A model generated the notes under the pieces. That model had not been told where the DNA came from. It saw only the letters and a program-made list of their open reading frames with translations, and searched no databases. A program made the position numbers and the translations under genes. From Actinomycetota bacterium (lineage in GTDB: Bacteria > Actinomycetota > UBA4738 > HRBIN12), in NCBI GenBank assembly GCA_038244455.1, contig JBBRTK010000003.1:1-43675 (forward strand): a stretch of 43,675 bases of DNA. The letters run 5' to 3'. Shown one piece after another: positions 9,378-19,141 of this stretch; the first letter of the stretch is position 1, and each line of letters opens with the position of its first letter.

Positions 9378-10220
9378 TCATGCCGGCCCCATCGAGGTGA
9401 GGAAGGCCATCAACGCGGACTCCAACGGGGGCATCGGTGCCAGGCCGAGGTGCGCGGCGTACACGCTGGCGAGCGGCGAGTTCACCGGGCGGGGCGCCGG
9501 CAGTCCGAGGTAGGAAGCCTTCTGCGGCTCGACCGTCCCAGGGAGCCCCGCCAGCTGTTTGATCTGCCGCAGCACGTCGAACCAACAGGCCCGGTCGGGG
9601 CCCGCCAGGTGGTAGGTGCCGAATCGGCCGGTGAGCAGTAGGGGAAGGATCCGCTCGGCCAGGTGCCCGACGAACGTCGGCGTCCCGAACCGGTCTTCCA
9701 GGCCGCCCGCGGACTCGCCCGCCCGCAGGCGCTGCGTAGCCGCCGAGACGTAGTCGTCGCCGCCTCCGAACACGTAGCCGGTCCGGATGATGAAGTGCTC
9801 GGCCAGCGCGACGCGGACGTTCGTCTCGCCGGCGAGCTTGGCGCGGCCGTAGACGCTGATCGGGTTCGGCGTGTCGGTCTCGTCGTAGGACGTGGGCTTG
9901 GCGCCGTCGAAGACGTAGTCGGTGGAGATGTGCACCAGGACGGCGCCCGCGGCCCGTGCTGCCAGGGCCAGGCTCTGAGGCCCCAGCGCGTTGTCACGGA
10001 ACGCGCGCGCCGGATCAGTTTCGTTCTCGTCGACCTTCGTGAAGGCTGCGAAGTTCAGCACGGCGTCGGGACGCAGCGCCGTGATCACGGCCATGACGGC
10101 GCCGTGATCCCCGACGTCGAGATCCGCGCGGGCGAAGGCTCGCACGTCGTGGTGCGCCGGGACCTGCGCCAGGAAGGCGCGACCCAGCCCTCCCCCCGCG
10201 CCGGTGACGGCGAGCCTCAC
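9378..10220 (-). CDS. rmlD: dTDP-4-dehydrorhamnose reductase
   Basis: [32 protein letters not shown] (YxxxK), GTPT, APRPVNS. The GTG at 10220 overlaps the rmlB stop. Confidence 0.88.
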   Translation of the reverse strand: MRLAVTGAGGGLGRAFLAQVPAHHDVRAFARADLDVGDHGAVMAVITALRPDAVLNFAAFTKVDENETDPARAFRDNALGPQSLALAARAAGAVLVHISTDYVFDGAKPTSYDETDTPNPISVYGRAKLAGETNVRVALAEHFIIRTGYVFGGGDDYVSAATQRLRAGESAGGLEDRFGTPTFVGHLAERILPLLLTGRFGTYHLAGPDRACWFDVLRQIKQLAGLPGTVEPQKASYLGLPAPRPVNSPLASVYAAHLGLAPMPPLESALMAFLTSMGPA

Positions 10221-11233
10221 GACGTGGCTCCCGCCGCTCCGGCCGCGCGCGGCTCGGTCACGACGTTGACGCTGTGTGCGCGCCGAAGCCACCCCAGGTG
10301 ATCGCGGTACCACTCGACCGTTCGAGCGAGACCTTCGGAGAAGGTGACCTGGGGCGCCCATCCCAGCGCGCGGAGCCGGTCCGCGCGGACCCCGTAGCGG
10401 AAGTCGTGGCCCGGGCGGTCGGCGACGAACGCGATCAGGGACGGGTCGGCGCCCGCCAGTTCGCAGATCTGGCCCGCGAGGTCGATGTTCTCGAGCTCGT
10501 GGCCGTCGCCGATGTTGTACGTGACGCCGGGAAGGCCCCGGTCCGCGACGATGAGCGCGGCCGCAACCCAATCGGTGACGTAGAGGAACTCGCGACGCTG
10601 CTTCCCTTCCCCGTACACCGGGACCGGCCGGCCTTCGAGCGCATTCACGGCGTAGGTCGGGATCACGCGCTCGATCTGACGCGGGCCGAAGGCGTTGGTT
10701 CCGCGGACGACCGTCACGTTCTGACCGTAGGTAGTCACCGCGGCCTGGCAGAGGAGGTCGGCCGCGGCCTTGCTGGCCGCGTACGGACTCTGTGGACGCA
10801 GCGGATGATCCTCGTCGAAGAGGCCGCCCTGCGGGTCTCCGGGTCCGTACACCTCGTCGGTCGAGACCATCAGCAGCCGGACATCGCGTGCGCGAGTTGC
10901 CTCCAGCACCGACTGCGTGCCCAGCACGTTGGATGCCACGAACCCCCTGGGATCGTGGATGCTGCGGTCCACATGCGTCTCGGCCGCCGCGTGGATCACG
11001 AGGCTCGCCTCCGCGACGTGGCGCTCGACCAGTGGCGCATCGGTGACATCGCCCTGGACGAACGAAAAGCGCGGATCACCGTCGTGCTGCTCGAGGTTCA
11101 TCAGGCTGCCGCCGATGGACAGGCGGTCCAGGACGCTCACGCGAGCCCCGCTCGCGAGCGCCGCATCCACCAGGTGGGAGCCGATGAACCCGGCGCCACC
11201 GGTGATGAGCAGGTGATCGGACGCGGTCGGCAT
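10217..11233 (-). CDS. rmlB: dTDP-glucose 4,6-dehydratase
   Basis: [38 protein letters not shown]. Confidence 0.92.
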   Translation of the reverse strand: MPTASDHLLITGGAGFIGSHLVDAALASGARVSVLDRLSIGGSLMNLEQHDGDPRFSFVQGDVTDAPLVERHVAEASLVIHAAAETHVDRSIHDPRGFVASNVLGTQSVLEATRARDVRLLMVSTDEVYGPGDPQGGLFDEDHPLRPQSPYAASKAAADLLCQAAVTTYGQNVTVVRGTNAFGPRQIERVIPTYAVNALEGRPVPVYGEGKQRREFLYVTDWVAAALIVADRGLPGVTYNIGDGHELENIDLAGQICELAGADPSLIAFVADRPGHDFRYGVRADRLRALGWAPQVTFSEGLARTVEWYRDHLGWLRRAHSVNVVTEPRAAGAAGATS

Positions 11234-11242
11234 CAGGCGAGT

Positions 11243-12406
11243 CTATCTGGCGCGTTCGGCGGCCTGATGGAGTGCCTGAACGGTCGCGTTGGCGCACCGC
11301 TCCCACGTGAACCCCGTCACGCGGGCCAGGCCCTTCGCCCTCAGCATGGCCCGCAGGTCCGCGTCGGCGAGGAGTTCGTCTAGGCCCGCCGCGATCGACG
11401 CGGGATCGGCCGGGTCGACGAGGACGGCCGCGTCCCCGGCCACCTCGGGCAGCGAGGACGTGTTCGATGTGAGGACCGGCACGTTCGCGGCGAACGCCTC
11501 CAACACCGGGAAGCCGAATCCTTCGGCGAGCGAGGGATAGGCCAGGACCTCGGCGCCCGAGAGCAGCGCGAGGCGGTCGGGGTCGCTCACGTAACCGGTA
11601 CGCACCACGCGGGCGCGGACCTGCGGCGGCAGCGCGGCCACAGCTTCATCCACGCGAACCGAGGCGTCGGGGAACCAGTTCACGGTGCCGCCGGCCAGGA
11701 CCAGCCACACGTCAGGGTCGCGGGCCATCCCGAACGCGCGGATCAGTGCCGGGATGTTCTTCCGCGGCTCGATGCCGCCCAGGAACAGGGCGTACCGACC
11801 CCCGACCCTGAACCGGCGCAGGACATCGTCGATGACCGGCTGGGGTGCGGCGGTGAAGTCCGTCTGCTCCACGCCGTGATGCACCACGTGGATGCGCGCG
11901 GGATCGGTGCGCGGCGCGAACCCGACCAGATCGTCCCGCACAGCCTGGCTGGGCACGATCACGCCGGGTGCGGCCTGGACCGCCGCCAGCAGGCGGCGCC
12001 GCCAGCGTTCGTCGATGTGCGGCGCCGTCTCTGGATACCGAACGAAGGCAAGGTCGTGCACGACCGGCACGACACGCCCGGGATGCCCGGTGGCGGGTGC
12101 GAGGAAGTTGGTAGCCAGGAATAGGTCGAAGGAACCGGTCAGCCATTCGACCCGGGGGAAACCCGTCCGCCAGGCGAGCGGTTGGTAGAGACGGGCCGGG
12201 AAGTGCGCCGCGCGCTCGGTGAGGTTGGGCGCGGCGTCCGGGAAGAAGACGCGAGCCTTCAGGAGCCCCTTCGCGTGGAGGTACCAGGCGACGTAGGAGG
12301 CCTCCGGATCTGCCGGAGGGAGGTGGCGGAGCATCTCCCGGGCGTACCGCCCGACCCCGGTCGGACGGGGGCCGAGCGCCGGGCGCGCATCGACCACGAC
12401 CCTCAT
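11243..12406 (-). CDS. Family 4 glycosyltransferase (mannosyltransferase-like)
   Basis: TGVGRY, VHDLAF, GGIEPRKN, YPSLAEGFGFPVLEA, SSLPEVAGDAA, FTWERCA. Confidence 0.9.
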   Translation of the reverse strand: MRVVVDARPALGPRPTGVGRYAREMLRHLPPADPEASYVAWYLHAKGLLKARVFFPDAAPNLTERAAHFPARLYQPLAWRTGFPRVEWLTGSFDLFLATNFLAPATGHPGRVVPVVHDLAFVRYPETAPHIDERWRRRLLAAVQAAPGVIVPSQAVRDDLVGFAPRTDPARIHVVHHGVEQTDFTAAPQPVIDDVLRRFRVGGRYALFLGGIEPRKNIPALIRAFGMARDPDVWLVLAGGTVNWFPDASVRVDEAVAALPPQVRARVVRTGYVSDPDRLALLSGAEVLAYPSLAEGFGFPVLEAFAANVPVLTSNTSSLPEVAGDAAVLVDPADPASIAAGLDELLADADLRAMLRAKGLARVTGFTWERCANATVQALHQAAERAR

Positions 12407-13464
12407 CAGTCCACCTCGACCCGGCTCTGGTCACCGACCACGAGCCGGTGCGTGCCCGCCTCCCCCGAATGGCGAACGACGACGCCGCGGCCCAGGATCG
12501 AGCCGGCGAGCCCGTCGACCCCTTCGATCAAGCAGCCCTGCATGACGATGGCGTCGCGCAGGGCGCTGGCGCGAACCGTGCAACTGGGTTCGATGGAAAC
12601 GTCCGGACCGATCTCGGAATCTTCGATGAGACAGCCCGAGCCGATCACGACGGGGCCGTGGATCACGCTCCGGTGCACGCGAGCCCCGGGGCCGAGAACG
12701 AGCACCCCGTCGACCGAGGAGACGCGATCGACGTCCCCTTCGACGGCTCCCGCGCGGACGGAGAGCATCATCCGGTTGGCCTCCAGAAGGTCTTCGGGCT
12801 TTCCGGTGTCCTTCCACCAACCCTCGACCATCTGCGCGCGAACCGTCCGGCCGTTGTCGATCAACCACTGGATGGCATCGGTGATCTCGAGTTCGCCACG
12901 CGGACTGGGCGCGATGGCGGTCGCGGCCTCCAGGATGGAGTCGTCGAAGAGGTACACGCCCACCAATGCAAGGTCGCTGATGTGATCCGCCGGCTTCTCC
13001 ACCAGCCGGACCACGCGCTCGCCGTCCAGCACCGCGACCCCGAAGCGCTCGGGCTCGGGGACGCGCGCCAGGAAGATCTGCGCATCGGGCCGCGTTCGTT
13101 CGAACTCCTCCACGAACCGCGTCAGTCCCTCGAGCAGGACGTTGTCTCCCAGGTACATGAGGAAGGGCTCGCCGCGGACGAAGTCCGCGGCGGTCAGCAC
13201 CGCGTGGGCCAGGCCGAGCGGCGCTTCCTGAGGGATGTAGGTGACGCGCACCCCCCACCGGGAACCGTCGCCCACGGCCGCCCGGACCTCCTCGGCGGTG
13301 GATCCCACGACGATCCCGATCTCCGTGATGCCCGCGTCGCTGATGGCTCGCAGGGCGTGGAACAGGATCGGCGTGCCGGCCACCGGGATGAGCTGTTTCG
13401 CCTGCGTGTGGGTGATGGGCCGAAGGCGGCTGCCTTCGCCACCGGACAGGATGAGCGCGCGCAT
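12406..13464 (-). CDS. rmlA: Glucose-1-phosphate thymidylyltransferase, long form
   Basis: ILSGGEGSRLRPIT..AKQLIPVA, PLGLAHA, YLGDN, LVEKP, RGELEITDA, WKDTG and an LbH tail. Confidence 0.9.
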   Translation of the reverse strand: MRALILSGGEGSRLRPITHTQAKQLIPVAGTPILFHALRAISDAGITEIGIVVGSTAEEVRAAVGDGSRWGVRVTYIPQEAPLGLAHAVLTAADFVRGEPFLMYLGDNVLLEGLTRFVEEFERTRPDAQIFLARVPEPERFGVAVLDGERVVRLVEKPADHISDLALVGVYLFDDSILEAATAIAPSPRGELEITDAIQWLIDNGRTVRAQMVEGWWKDTGKPEDLLEANRMMLSVRAGAVEGDVDRVSSVDGVLVLGPGARVHRSVIHGPVVIGSGCLIEDSEIGPDVSIEPSCTVRASALRDAIVMQGCLIEGVDGLAGSILGRGVVVRHSGEAGTHRLVVGDQSRVEVD

Positions 13465-13507
13465 GGCGGTCAGTCTGGCAGGTGCCCGCCGCGGGGGCAG
13501 AGCGAGC

Positions 13508-14932
13508 TCAGGCGACCGGCAGGCAGCCCGGTGAGGTGGCCGGCGGCGTGGACGAAGGCTGGTAGGCCCCCGTGATGAACAGCGCCACCTGGTTCCCTCC
13601 CAGGAGCTTCGCCGACATCGCCTTCATCGGGATGTTCAGGAAGTAGGAGTGGACCACGGCAGCCTGGCCGGCCGCCGCCTTCGAGCCGGCGCTGTAAGCC
13701 AGCACCGTTCCCTTCACCGTCGAGCCGAAGTCCGCGTACTGGACGACGGCAGGCGAGATGTCGAAGCCCGCCTGCGACAGAACGGTTTCGACTCCGGCCG
13801 CCTTGCCCGCGGAGGCGTGATCGATCACGGGGACGGTGATCTGCGATTCCGACGTGGGCGCGCCGGGGAGACTGACCCCGACGCCGGGCGGTAGGGCGGT
13901 GTTGTTGACGAGAGCCTTGAAGAGCAGCTGCGCCGAAGGGTCGAGGAACTCCACATCCAGCGGGAACGAGTACTGGGGCACCGTGACCTGCCCCACATTC
14001 ACCGGCACGTCGCGGAACAGGACGTCACCGGTCGAGATGCCCTTGAGCTGGCCGGTGAGGAAAGCAAGATCGGCGATGGTCAATCCGCTGTCGCGCTTCA
14101 AGTTGGAGAGGACCGGCTTGATGTAGCCGGGGATCTTCAGGAGTTCGCTCGGCTGCAGGAGACGGTTGATGAGCGCCCGAAGGAACGCCTGCTGACGGCT
14201 TATCCGGTTGAAGTCCCCGTTCACGTCGCACGGCAGGTGACGCGAACGAACGTAGGAAAGGACCTGCTGTCCGGTCAGGTGCTGGCATCCCGGGCGCAGG
14301 TGGAGCTGCGTGTTGGGGTCGGTGAGCCAGCCGTCCGGCCCGGCCTCGTTCGGCGGGATGCACATATCGATGCCGTCGATGGAATCCACGACACCTTGGA
14401 ACCCGGCCAGGTCCACGTACAGGTAATGGCTGATCTTCAGACCGGTGATCTGCGAGACGGTCTTGGCAACCCGGAGCGGACCGCCGCCCGGGATCCCCCC
14501 GGTGAACGACGAGTTGATCTTCCCTTTGCCCATCCCCGGGATGTTGACCCAGAGATCTCGGGGGAACGACAGGATCACGGTCTTCCCGGTCGGTTCGGTG
14601 TGCACGACCATGATCACGTCGGCGTTATTGCCGGCGCCGGCCTGGGCGTTGGAACCGTTGGCGATGATCTGCGCCGGGGAAAGACCCGTGCGGGAATCGG
14701 AGCCGAGCAAGAGGTAGTTGCACGAATGGCTGGCGCAGGGACCGACGTACTTCGTCGAGGCGACCGGTCCCCGGGGTCCGCAGTCCGTGAAGCAATGGGT
14801 CCCGATCCTGTTGTTCAGGACGACGAGGACGTAGGCGTAGGCGCTGGCGGCGCCGACGATCAGGGACAGCGACGCCGTCATCGCGATCGCGATCCGGGTG
14901 GTACGGCCCGTCCGGTGGGAACCCTCACTCAT
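13508..14932 (-). CDS. LytR-CpsA-Psr (LCP) family glycopolymer-peptidoglycan ligase with LytR_C domain
   Basis: N-terminal TM helix; NYLLLGSDSR, ADVIMV, SFPRDLWV, KINSSF, YVRSRH, DFNRISRQQAFL. Start set at the ATG 7 nt after TAGGCT. Confidence 0.88.
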   Translation of the reverse strand: MSEGSHRTGRTTRIAIAMTASLSLIVGAASAYAYVLVVLNNRIGTHCFTDCGPRGPVASTKYVGPCASHSCNYLLLGSDSRTGLSPAQIIANGSNAQAGAGNNADVIMVVHTEPTGKTVILSFPRDLWVNIPGMGKGKINSSFTGGIPGGGPLRVAKTVSQITGLKISHYLYVDLAGFQGVVDSIDGIDMCIPPNEAGPDGWLTDPNTQLHLRPGCQHLTGQQVLSYVRSRHLPCDVNGDFNRISRQQAFLRALINRLLQPSELLKIPGYIKPVLSNLKRDSGLTIADLAFLTGQLKGISTGDVLFRDVPVNVGQVTVPQYSFPLDVEFLDPSAQLLFKALVNNTALPPGVGVSLPGAPTSESQITVPVIDHASAGKAAGVETVLSQAGFDISPAVVQYADFGSTVKGTVLAYSAGSKAAAGQAAVVHSYFLNIPMKAMSAKLLGGNQVALFITGAYQPSSTPPATSPGCLPVA

Positions 14933-15060
14933 GGACGGGAGCCTACCGGCGGGCCGCACGCAGCGGTCCGCCCGGGCCGCCTGCGTTCCCGTAGCCGAAT
15001 GGTGACGGCCGGTGATGGCATAATCCGCAGACCGCACCCTCGGTCTCCCAGGAGGAATCA

Positions 15061-15912
15061 GTGACCCACGATCTGACCGTGTTGCTCGTCGGCCTCGACG
15101 AAGCGACCCACGACGAACTCGCCAGCGAGGAAGGGTTCGCTGTTGCATCGGCCCTCACGCTCGAGGAAGGACTCGCGCGCGTGGTGGCCCCCGACGCCGT
15201 CGTGGTTGCGCTGGGCAGCATGGGGCCGATCGAGACGGTCGGGCGCATCCATGCGCATGCTCCCGACGCGGCGGTGCTGGTCGTGACCGATCCCGCCAAC
15301 GAAGCGGACGGTTCCGTCGCTCGCCACGCCGGTGCCGAAGACCACCTGGTTCGGGGCGCGATGCCGCGCGGACTCCTGTCCCGCGCGGTCCGCTACGCGA
15401 TCGAACACAGGCGCATGCAGCGCGAACTGGCCACCACCGACCCGGTGACCGGCATGCCGAACATCCGTGGATTCGGTGCGATCGCCGAGCATCACCTGCG
15501 GATGGCCGATCGGGTCAAACGCCCCGTCGTCTTCCTGTTCGTCCGGCTGGAGGGGTTCCTGAACACGCTGTCCGAGTACGGGGTCGGTGTCGCCGCCGAT
15601 GTGGCGCGCGAGGCGGCCGAGGTGCTGATGGAAGCGGTCCGGGACTCCGACGTTCCCGCGCGGCTGGGGCCGGACACGTTCTGTGTGCTCCTCACAGGCG
15701 AGGCCGGCGGCGCGGAGACACTGGTGCTCTCCCGCCTAGTGGAGGCCATCGCCGTCCGGAATGCCCGCTCGGACCAGCCGCGTTTCCTTTCGCTGAGCGT
15801 GGGGAGCAGCCTTTACGACCCCGAACACCCGGCGTCGCTGGAGCAGATCTTGGAATCGGCGGGACGGCATCTGGCCCAGCAGAGCGCCGAACGCAGACCC
15901 GCCGCCCCGTAG
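15061..15912 (+). CDS. Degenerate receiver (REC)-GGDEF domain protein, probably catalytically inactive
   Basis: GGAGG RBS; REC-like N-terminus (AGAEDHLVR...LSRAVRYAIEH); TDPVTGMPN...RDSDVPARLGPDTFCVLL...LSLSVG, with GPDTF in place of GGDEF. Confidence 0.8.
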   Translation: MTHDLTVLLVGLDEATHDELASEEGFAVASALTLEEGLARVVAPDAVVVALGSMGPIETVGRIHAHAPDAAVLVVTDPANEADGSVARHAGAEDHLVRGAMPRGLLSRAVRYAIEHRRMQRELATTDPVTGMPNIRGFGAIAEHHLRMADRVKRPVVFLFVRLEGFLNTLSEYGVGVAADVAREAAEVLMEAVRDSDVPARLGPDTFCVLLTGEAGGAETLVLSRLVEAIAVRNARSDQPRFLSLSVGSSLYDPEHPASLEQILESAGRHLAQQSAERRPAAP

Positions 15913-15955
15913 GCCGCGGCGACGCGCTGATCGGCGTCCCAGGACGCACCGCGGC

Positions 15956-16369
15956 TCAGCGAACCAGCAGGACCGGGCATTCGGCGTGCGTGATCACCTT
16001 GTTGGCCACACCGCCCACCAACAGGCTCTTCCATTCGGTCCAGCCTCGGGCCCCCATCACGATCAACCCGGCGCCCGCGTCCTTGGCCGCCGCAACGATC
16101 TCCTGGGGAGCTCGTCCGGCCGGCACGCGGCGGACCTCTCCTCGCGCGGTCACTCCCGCGTCGCTGAGGGCGGCCACGACTCCGTCGACCAGCGCCTGGG
16201 CCGAACCCGCAGGACCCAGATCGACGTTCGAACCTTCGAACCTCTCGTGTTCGCGCACGTGGAGCACGGTGACCTCCGCGCCGTAGCGCGTGGCCAGATC
16301 GACCGCCACCGTGACCGTCTTACTCGAATGCGCGGACCCGTCCACTGCCAGCAGGATCTTCTCGAACAT
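15956..16369 (-). CDS. Universal stress protein
   Basis: KILLAVDGS, LIVMGARG...LLVGGVANKV...CPVLLVR; GAAGGAG RBS before the ATG at 16369. Confidence 0.92.
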   Translation of the reverse strand: MFEKILLAVDGSAHSSKTVTVAVDLATRYGAEVTVLHVREHERFEGSNVDLGPAGSAQALVDGVVAALSDAGVTARGEVRRVPAGRAPQEIVAAAKDAGAGLIVMGARGWTEWKSLLVGGVANKVITHAECPVLLVR

Positions 16370-16467
16370 GGCGATCACTCCTTCGACCGGATGACACCAG
16401 CGTCCCAGAGATGGCCGACAGGTGCCCACATGCCGTGGCTCGGCCGCGCTGCGGCTAGGCTGGGTGG

Positions 16468-17607
16468 GTGAGTATCGATCCGAAGATCGACCGAACTCCG
16501 GGCCTCATCGAAGCCGGTCTGACGCTTTCGACCGAGCTTGACCTCGAGACGGTGCTGCAGCGCATCGTCGAACTCGGTCTGGAGGTCTCGGGCGCCCGTT
16601 ATTGCGCGCTCGGCGTCCTCGGGACCGACGGCATGATCGAACGCTTCATCACGGCGGGCGTGAGCGACGAGGTGCGAGAGCAGATCGGTGCCCCCCCCGC
16701 CGGCCACGGGATATTGGGGCTGCTCATCGCCGAGGCGCGACCCATGCGTCTCTCCAACATCAGCCGGGACCCCCGGTCGTTCGGGTTCCCCCCGAACCAT
16801 CCCCCGATGACGACGTTCCTGGGCGTGCCGGTCCGGGCGTGGGGACGGATGTACGGGAATCTGTACCTGACCGAGAAGGGTGGCGGGCTGGAGTTCGACG
16901 AGGCGGACGAGGAAACGGTGATGGTGCTGGCCACGCAGGCGGGCGTCGCCATCGAGAACGCCAGGCTCTACGCGGAGGCGCTGCAAGCGCAAGGAGAACT
17001 TCGCCGCCTCGAGGTCATGGAGGAGCGTGAGCGGATCGCGCAGGAGCTGCACGACGGCGTGATCCAATCGCTCTTCGCGGTGGGCATGGGCCTCCAAGGC
17101 GCCGCCGCGATGGCCGGCGACGAGGAGATGGCTCGGCGCATCGAGAACGCCGTCGAAGAGATCGATCGCGCCATCCGCGATCTGCGGAACTACATCTTCG
17201 GTTTGCGACCCGGGATCCTGGCCGACCGGCTGCTCGGCCAGGCCATCGATCAACTCGCGAAGGAGTTCTCCCAGCACTCCGACGTGGTCATCGTCGCGGA
17301 TGTCGACGAAGGTCTCGCGTCGGAGCTGGCCTCGAAGGCCGCCGACCTGGTGCAGTTCGTGCGCGAGGCGCTCTCCAACGTGGTACGACATGCCGGCGCC
17401 AGCACCTGCCGGGTCACGTTCCGCCGCGACCCGGAGGGAACGCTCGTGGAGATCGATGACGACGGCACCGGGTTCGACCCGCTCGCTCCCTTGACGGGTA
17501 TGGGTCTGGCCAACCTCCGCGAGCGCGCAACACGACTGGGCGGGCGCCTGGAACTGACCAGCTCCGCCGGCAACGGCACCACGGTTCGCGCGATCATCCC
17601 CTCCTAG
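16468..17607 (+). CDS. GAF-domain sensor histidine kinase, DosS/DevS-like (HisKA_3)
   Basis: GAF with GFPPNHPPMTTFLGVP...GNLYLTEK; H-box ERERIAQELHDGVIQ; EALSNVVRHA, DDGTGF, GMGLANLRERA. Confidence 0.9.
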   Translation: MSIDPKIDRTPGLIEAGLTLSTELDLETVLQRIVELGLEVSGARYCALGVLGTDGMIERFITAGVSDEVREQIGAPPAGHGILGLLIAEARPMRLSNISRDPRSFGFPPNHPPMTTFLGVPVRAWGRMYGNLYLTEKGGGLEFDEADEETVMVLATQAGVAIENARLYAEALQAQGELRRLEVMEERERIAQELHDGVIQSLFAVGMGLQGAAAMAGDEEMARRIENAVEEIDRAIRDLRNYIFGLRPGILADRLLGQAIDQLAKEFSQHSDVVIVADVDEGLASELASKAADLVQFVREALSNVVRHAGASTCRVTFRRDPEGTLVEIDDDGTGFDPLAPLTGMGLANLRERATRLGGRLELTSSAGNGTTVRAIIPS

Positions 17608-17610
17608 CCG

Positions 17611-18990
17611 CTAGGTCACAACCAGGGCCGTCACCATCCCGTACATGCCCTCGGGCCCTTCGACGTGGGGCAGGATGTGGCAGTGGAACGCCCACGCTCC
17701 CGGATAGATCGCGTGGACCAGGATGTCGAAGCGTTGCCCCGGGGCGACCACCAGGGTGTCGGCCATGTAGGGCTGCGCCAGCGGATAGCCGTCCTGCGCC
17801 ACCACCTCGAAGTGGTAGCCGTGCAGATGCATCGGGTGCAGGAGGGAACCGTCGTTCGCGATGTGGACCAGCACCCAGTCGCCTCGCTTGGCCGTGAGCG
17901 GCGCTGTGGCCGGAAAGGACTTCCCGTTGATGACGTACCCGAGGGTTCCGTCCCCGAGGAACAACGTGTAGGTGTCGTCGATGCGCGGCACGGTCCCGAG
18001 GGTCATCTGGCCGGTCCGCGGGTTGACGTCGGCCGAGGCATAGGGCCAGGCGTGGTTCGGCGGATCGACGATGATGGCGCCGTACAACCCGGCCCCCACC
18101 TGCTCGGTCGAGTTGAAGTGCGAGTGGTAGACGTACATCCCGGGCGGATCCTTCACGGTGAACTCGTAGGTCCAGTATTGGCCGGGCATGATCGGGTCCT
18201 GCGTGACGTAGGGAACACCGTCCATGGCGTTGGGCACCGTCATCCCGTGCAGGTGAAGCACCGTGGGCTGGTCCAACTGGTTCTGCACCACGATCTTCAC
18301 CTTGTCGCCGTAGGACACGTGGATCTCAGGGCCGGGGACGGTGCCGTTGAACCCCATCGCGTCTACGAACTTCCCCTTTGAAACCTCCCAGCGCACCTTC
18401 TCCGCCGCCAGGTTGAACACCCTGACGCCGTTCTGCATGGTCGGCTTCAGGATCTGACCGCCTGTGGTCGAGGTCTGTCCGCCGGCCAGGAACGCGTCGA
18501 CGCCGGCCTTGTGCATGTCGGCCATCTGCTGGGCGGTCAGGTTGGCCGAGGACATCCCCGTCATGGAACTCCCCGAGGCGGCTGCGCTCCCGGCGTTGAC
18601 CGTTGCGGTCATCCCGAGTTTGTCGTGGCCCGGCACAGTGCAGAGTGCGTCATAGGAACCCGCGGCCAAGGCCGGAACGGAGAGCTGCTGGGTGGCGTTC
18701 GGTTGGATCTCGCCGGTATCGTACGTCTTGTCGCCCACCGTGATGGCGAAGGTGTGGGTGGAGGGGCCGTCGTTCGTTACGGAGAACTCGACGGGCTGGC
18801 CCGCCGCGACGTCGATCTGGCTGGGTTCGATCTTGAAGTCGCTGAGGGTGACCACGGCCTTCGAGGGACCGGCGGCCGCCTGATCACCCGCGCCCGCGGC
18901 GCCCTTCCCGGAGGACCCGGTGCCGCAGGCCGCGCCTATGACCGCCATCACCGCCACAAGAACGAGGATCGTGCTGCGGAACCGTCTCAT
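17611..18990 (-). CDS. Lipoprotein multicopper oxidase with extra N-terminal cupredoxin domain
   Basis: Lipobox GAAC; cupredoxin HTF...CTVPGH...GM; MCO motifs HLHG, YHSH, HPMHLHG, HCHILPH...GM; AAGGAG RBS. Confidence 0.85.
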   Translation of the reverse strand: MRRFRSTILVLVAVMAVIGAACGTGSSGKGAAGAGDQAAAGPSKAVVTLSDFKIEPSQIDVAAGQPVEFSVTNDGPSTHTFAITVGDKTYDTGEIQPNATQQLSVPALAAGSYDALCTVPGHDKLGMTATVNAGSAAASGSSMTGMSSANLTAQQMADMHKAGVDAFLAGGQTSTTGGQILKPTMQNGVRVFNLAAEKVRWEVSKGKFVDAMGFNGTVPGPEIHVSYGDKVKIVVQNQLDQPTVLHLHGMTVPNAMDGVPYVTQDPIMPGQYWTYEFTVKDPPGMYVYHSHFNSTEQVGAGLYGAIIVDPPNHAWPYASADVNPRTGQMTLGTVPRIDDTYTLFLGDGTLGYVINGKSFPATAPLTAKRGDWVLVHIANDGSLLHPMHLHGYHFEVVAQDGYPLAQPYMADTLVVAPGQRFDILVHAIYPGAWAFHCHILPHVEGPEGMYGMVTALVVT

Positions 18991-19092
18991 CAGGGAACTC
19001 CTTCAGTCTGCCGGTACCCGAACGCCGGATAGGATGGCACAGTGTGGTCGGCCAGGTGGGGCACCTCGGGTGCTGGAGGACCCCACCGTCGT

Positions 19093-19106
19093 GGGTCTTT
19101 CGCCCC
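19093..19106. promoter_or_regulatory. DosR/DevR-type binding box
   Basis: GGGTC-TTTC-GCCCC fits the GGG(A/C/T)C-N4-GNCCC core. It is centred ~42.5 bp upstream of the ATG at 19142, which follows a CACACT -10-like hexamer (19129-19134). Confidence 0.6.
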
Positions 19107-19141
19107 TCGGAGAGCCAAGGGGAAGGTTCACACTCAAGATG

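Noticed and set aside
14974-15000. Second sigma28-like promoter (GCCGAAT) before the REC-GGDEF gene
   Set aside because: No matching -35 at the right spacing; a CATAAT -10 lies just downstream.
16390-16430. DosR-like boxes upstream of the USP gene
   Set aside because: Only half-sites match (GACAC-CAGC-GTCCC; TGGCC-GACA-GGTGC), which is too weak in GC-rich DNA.
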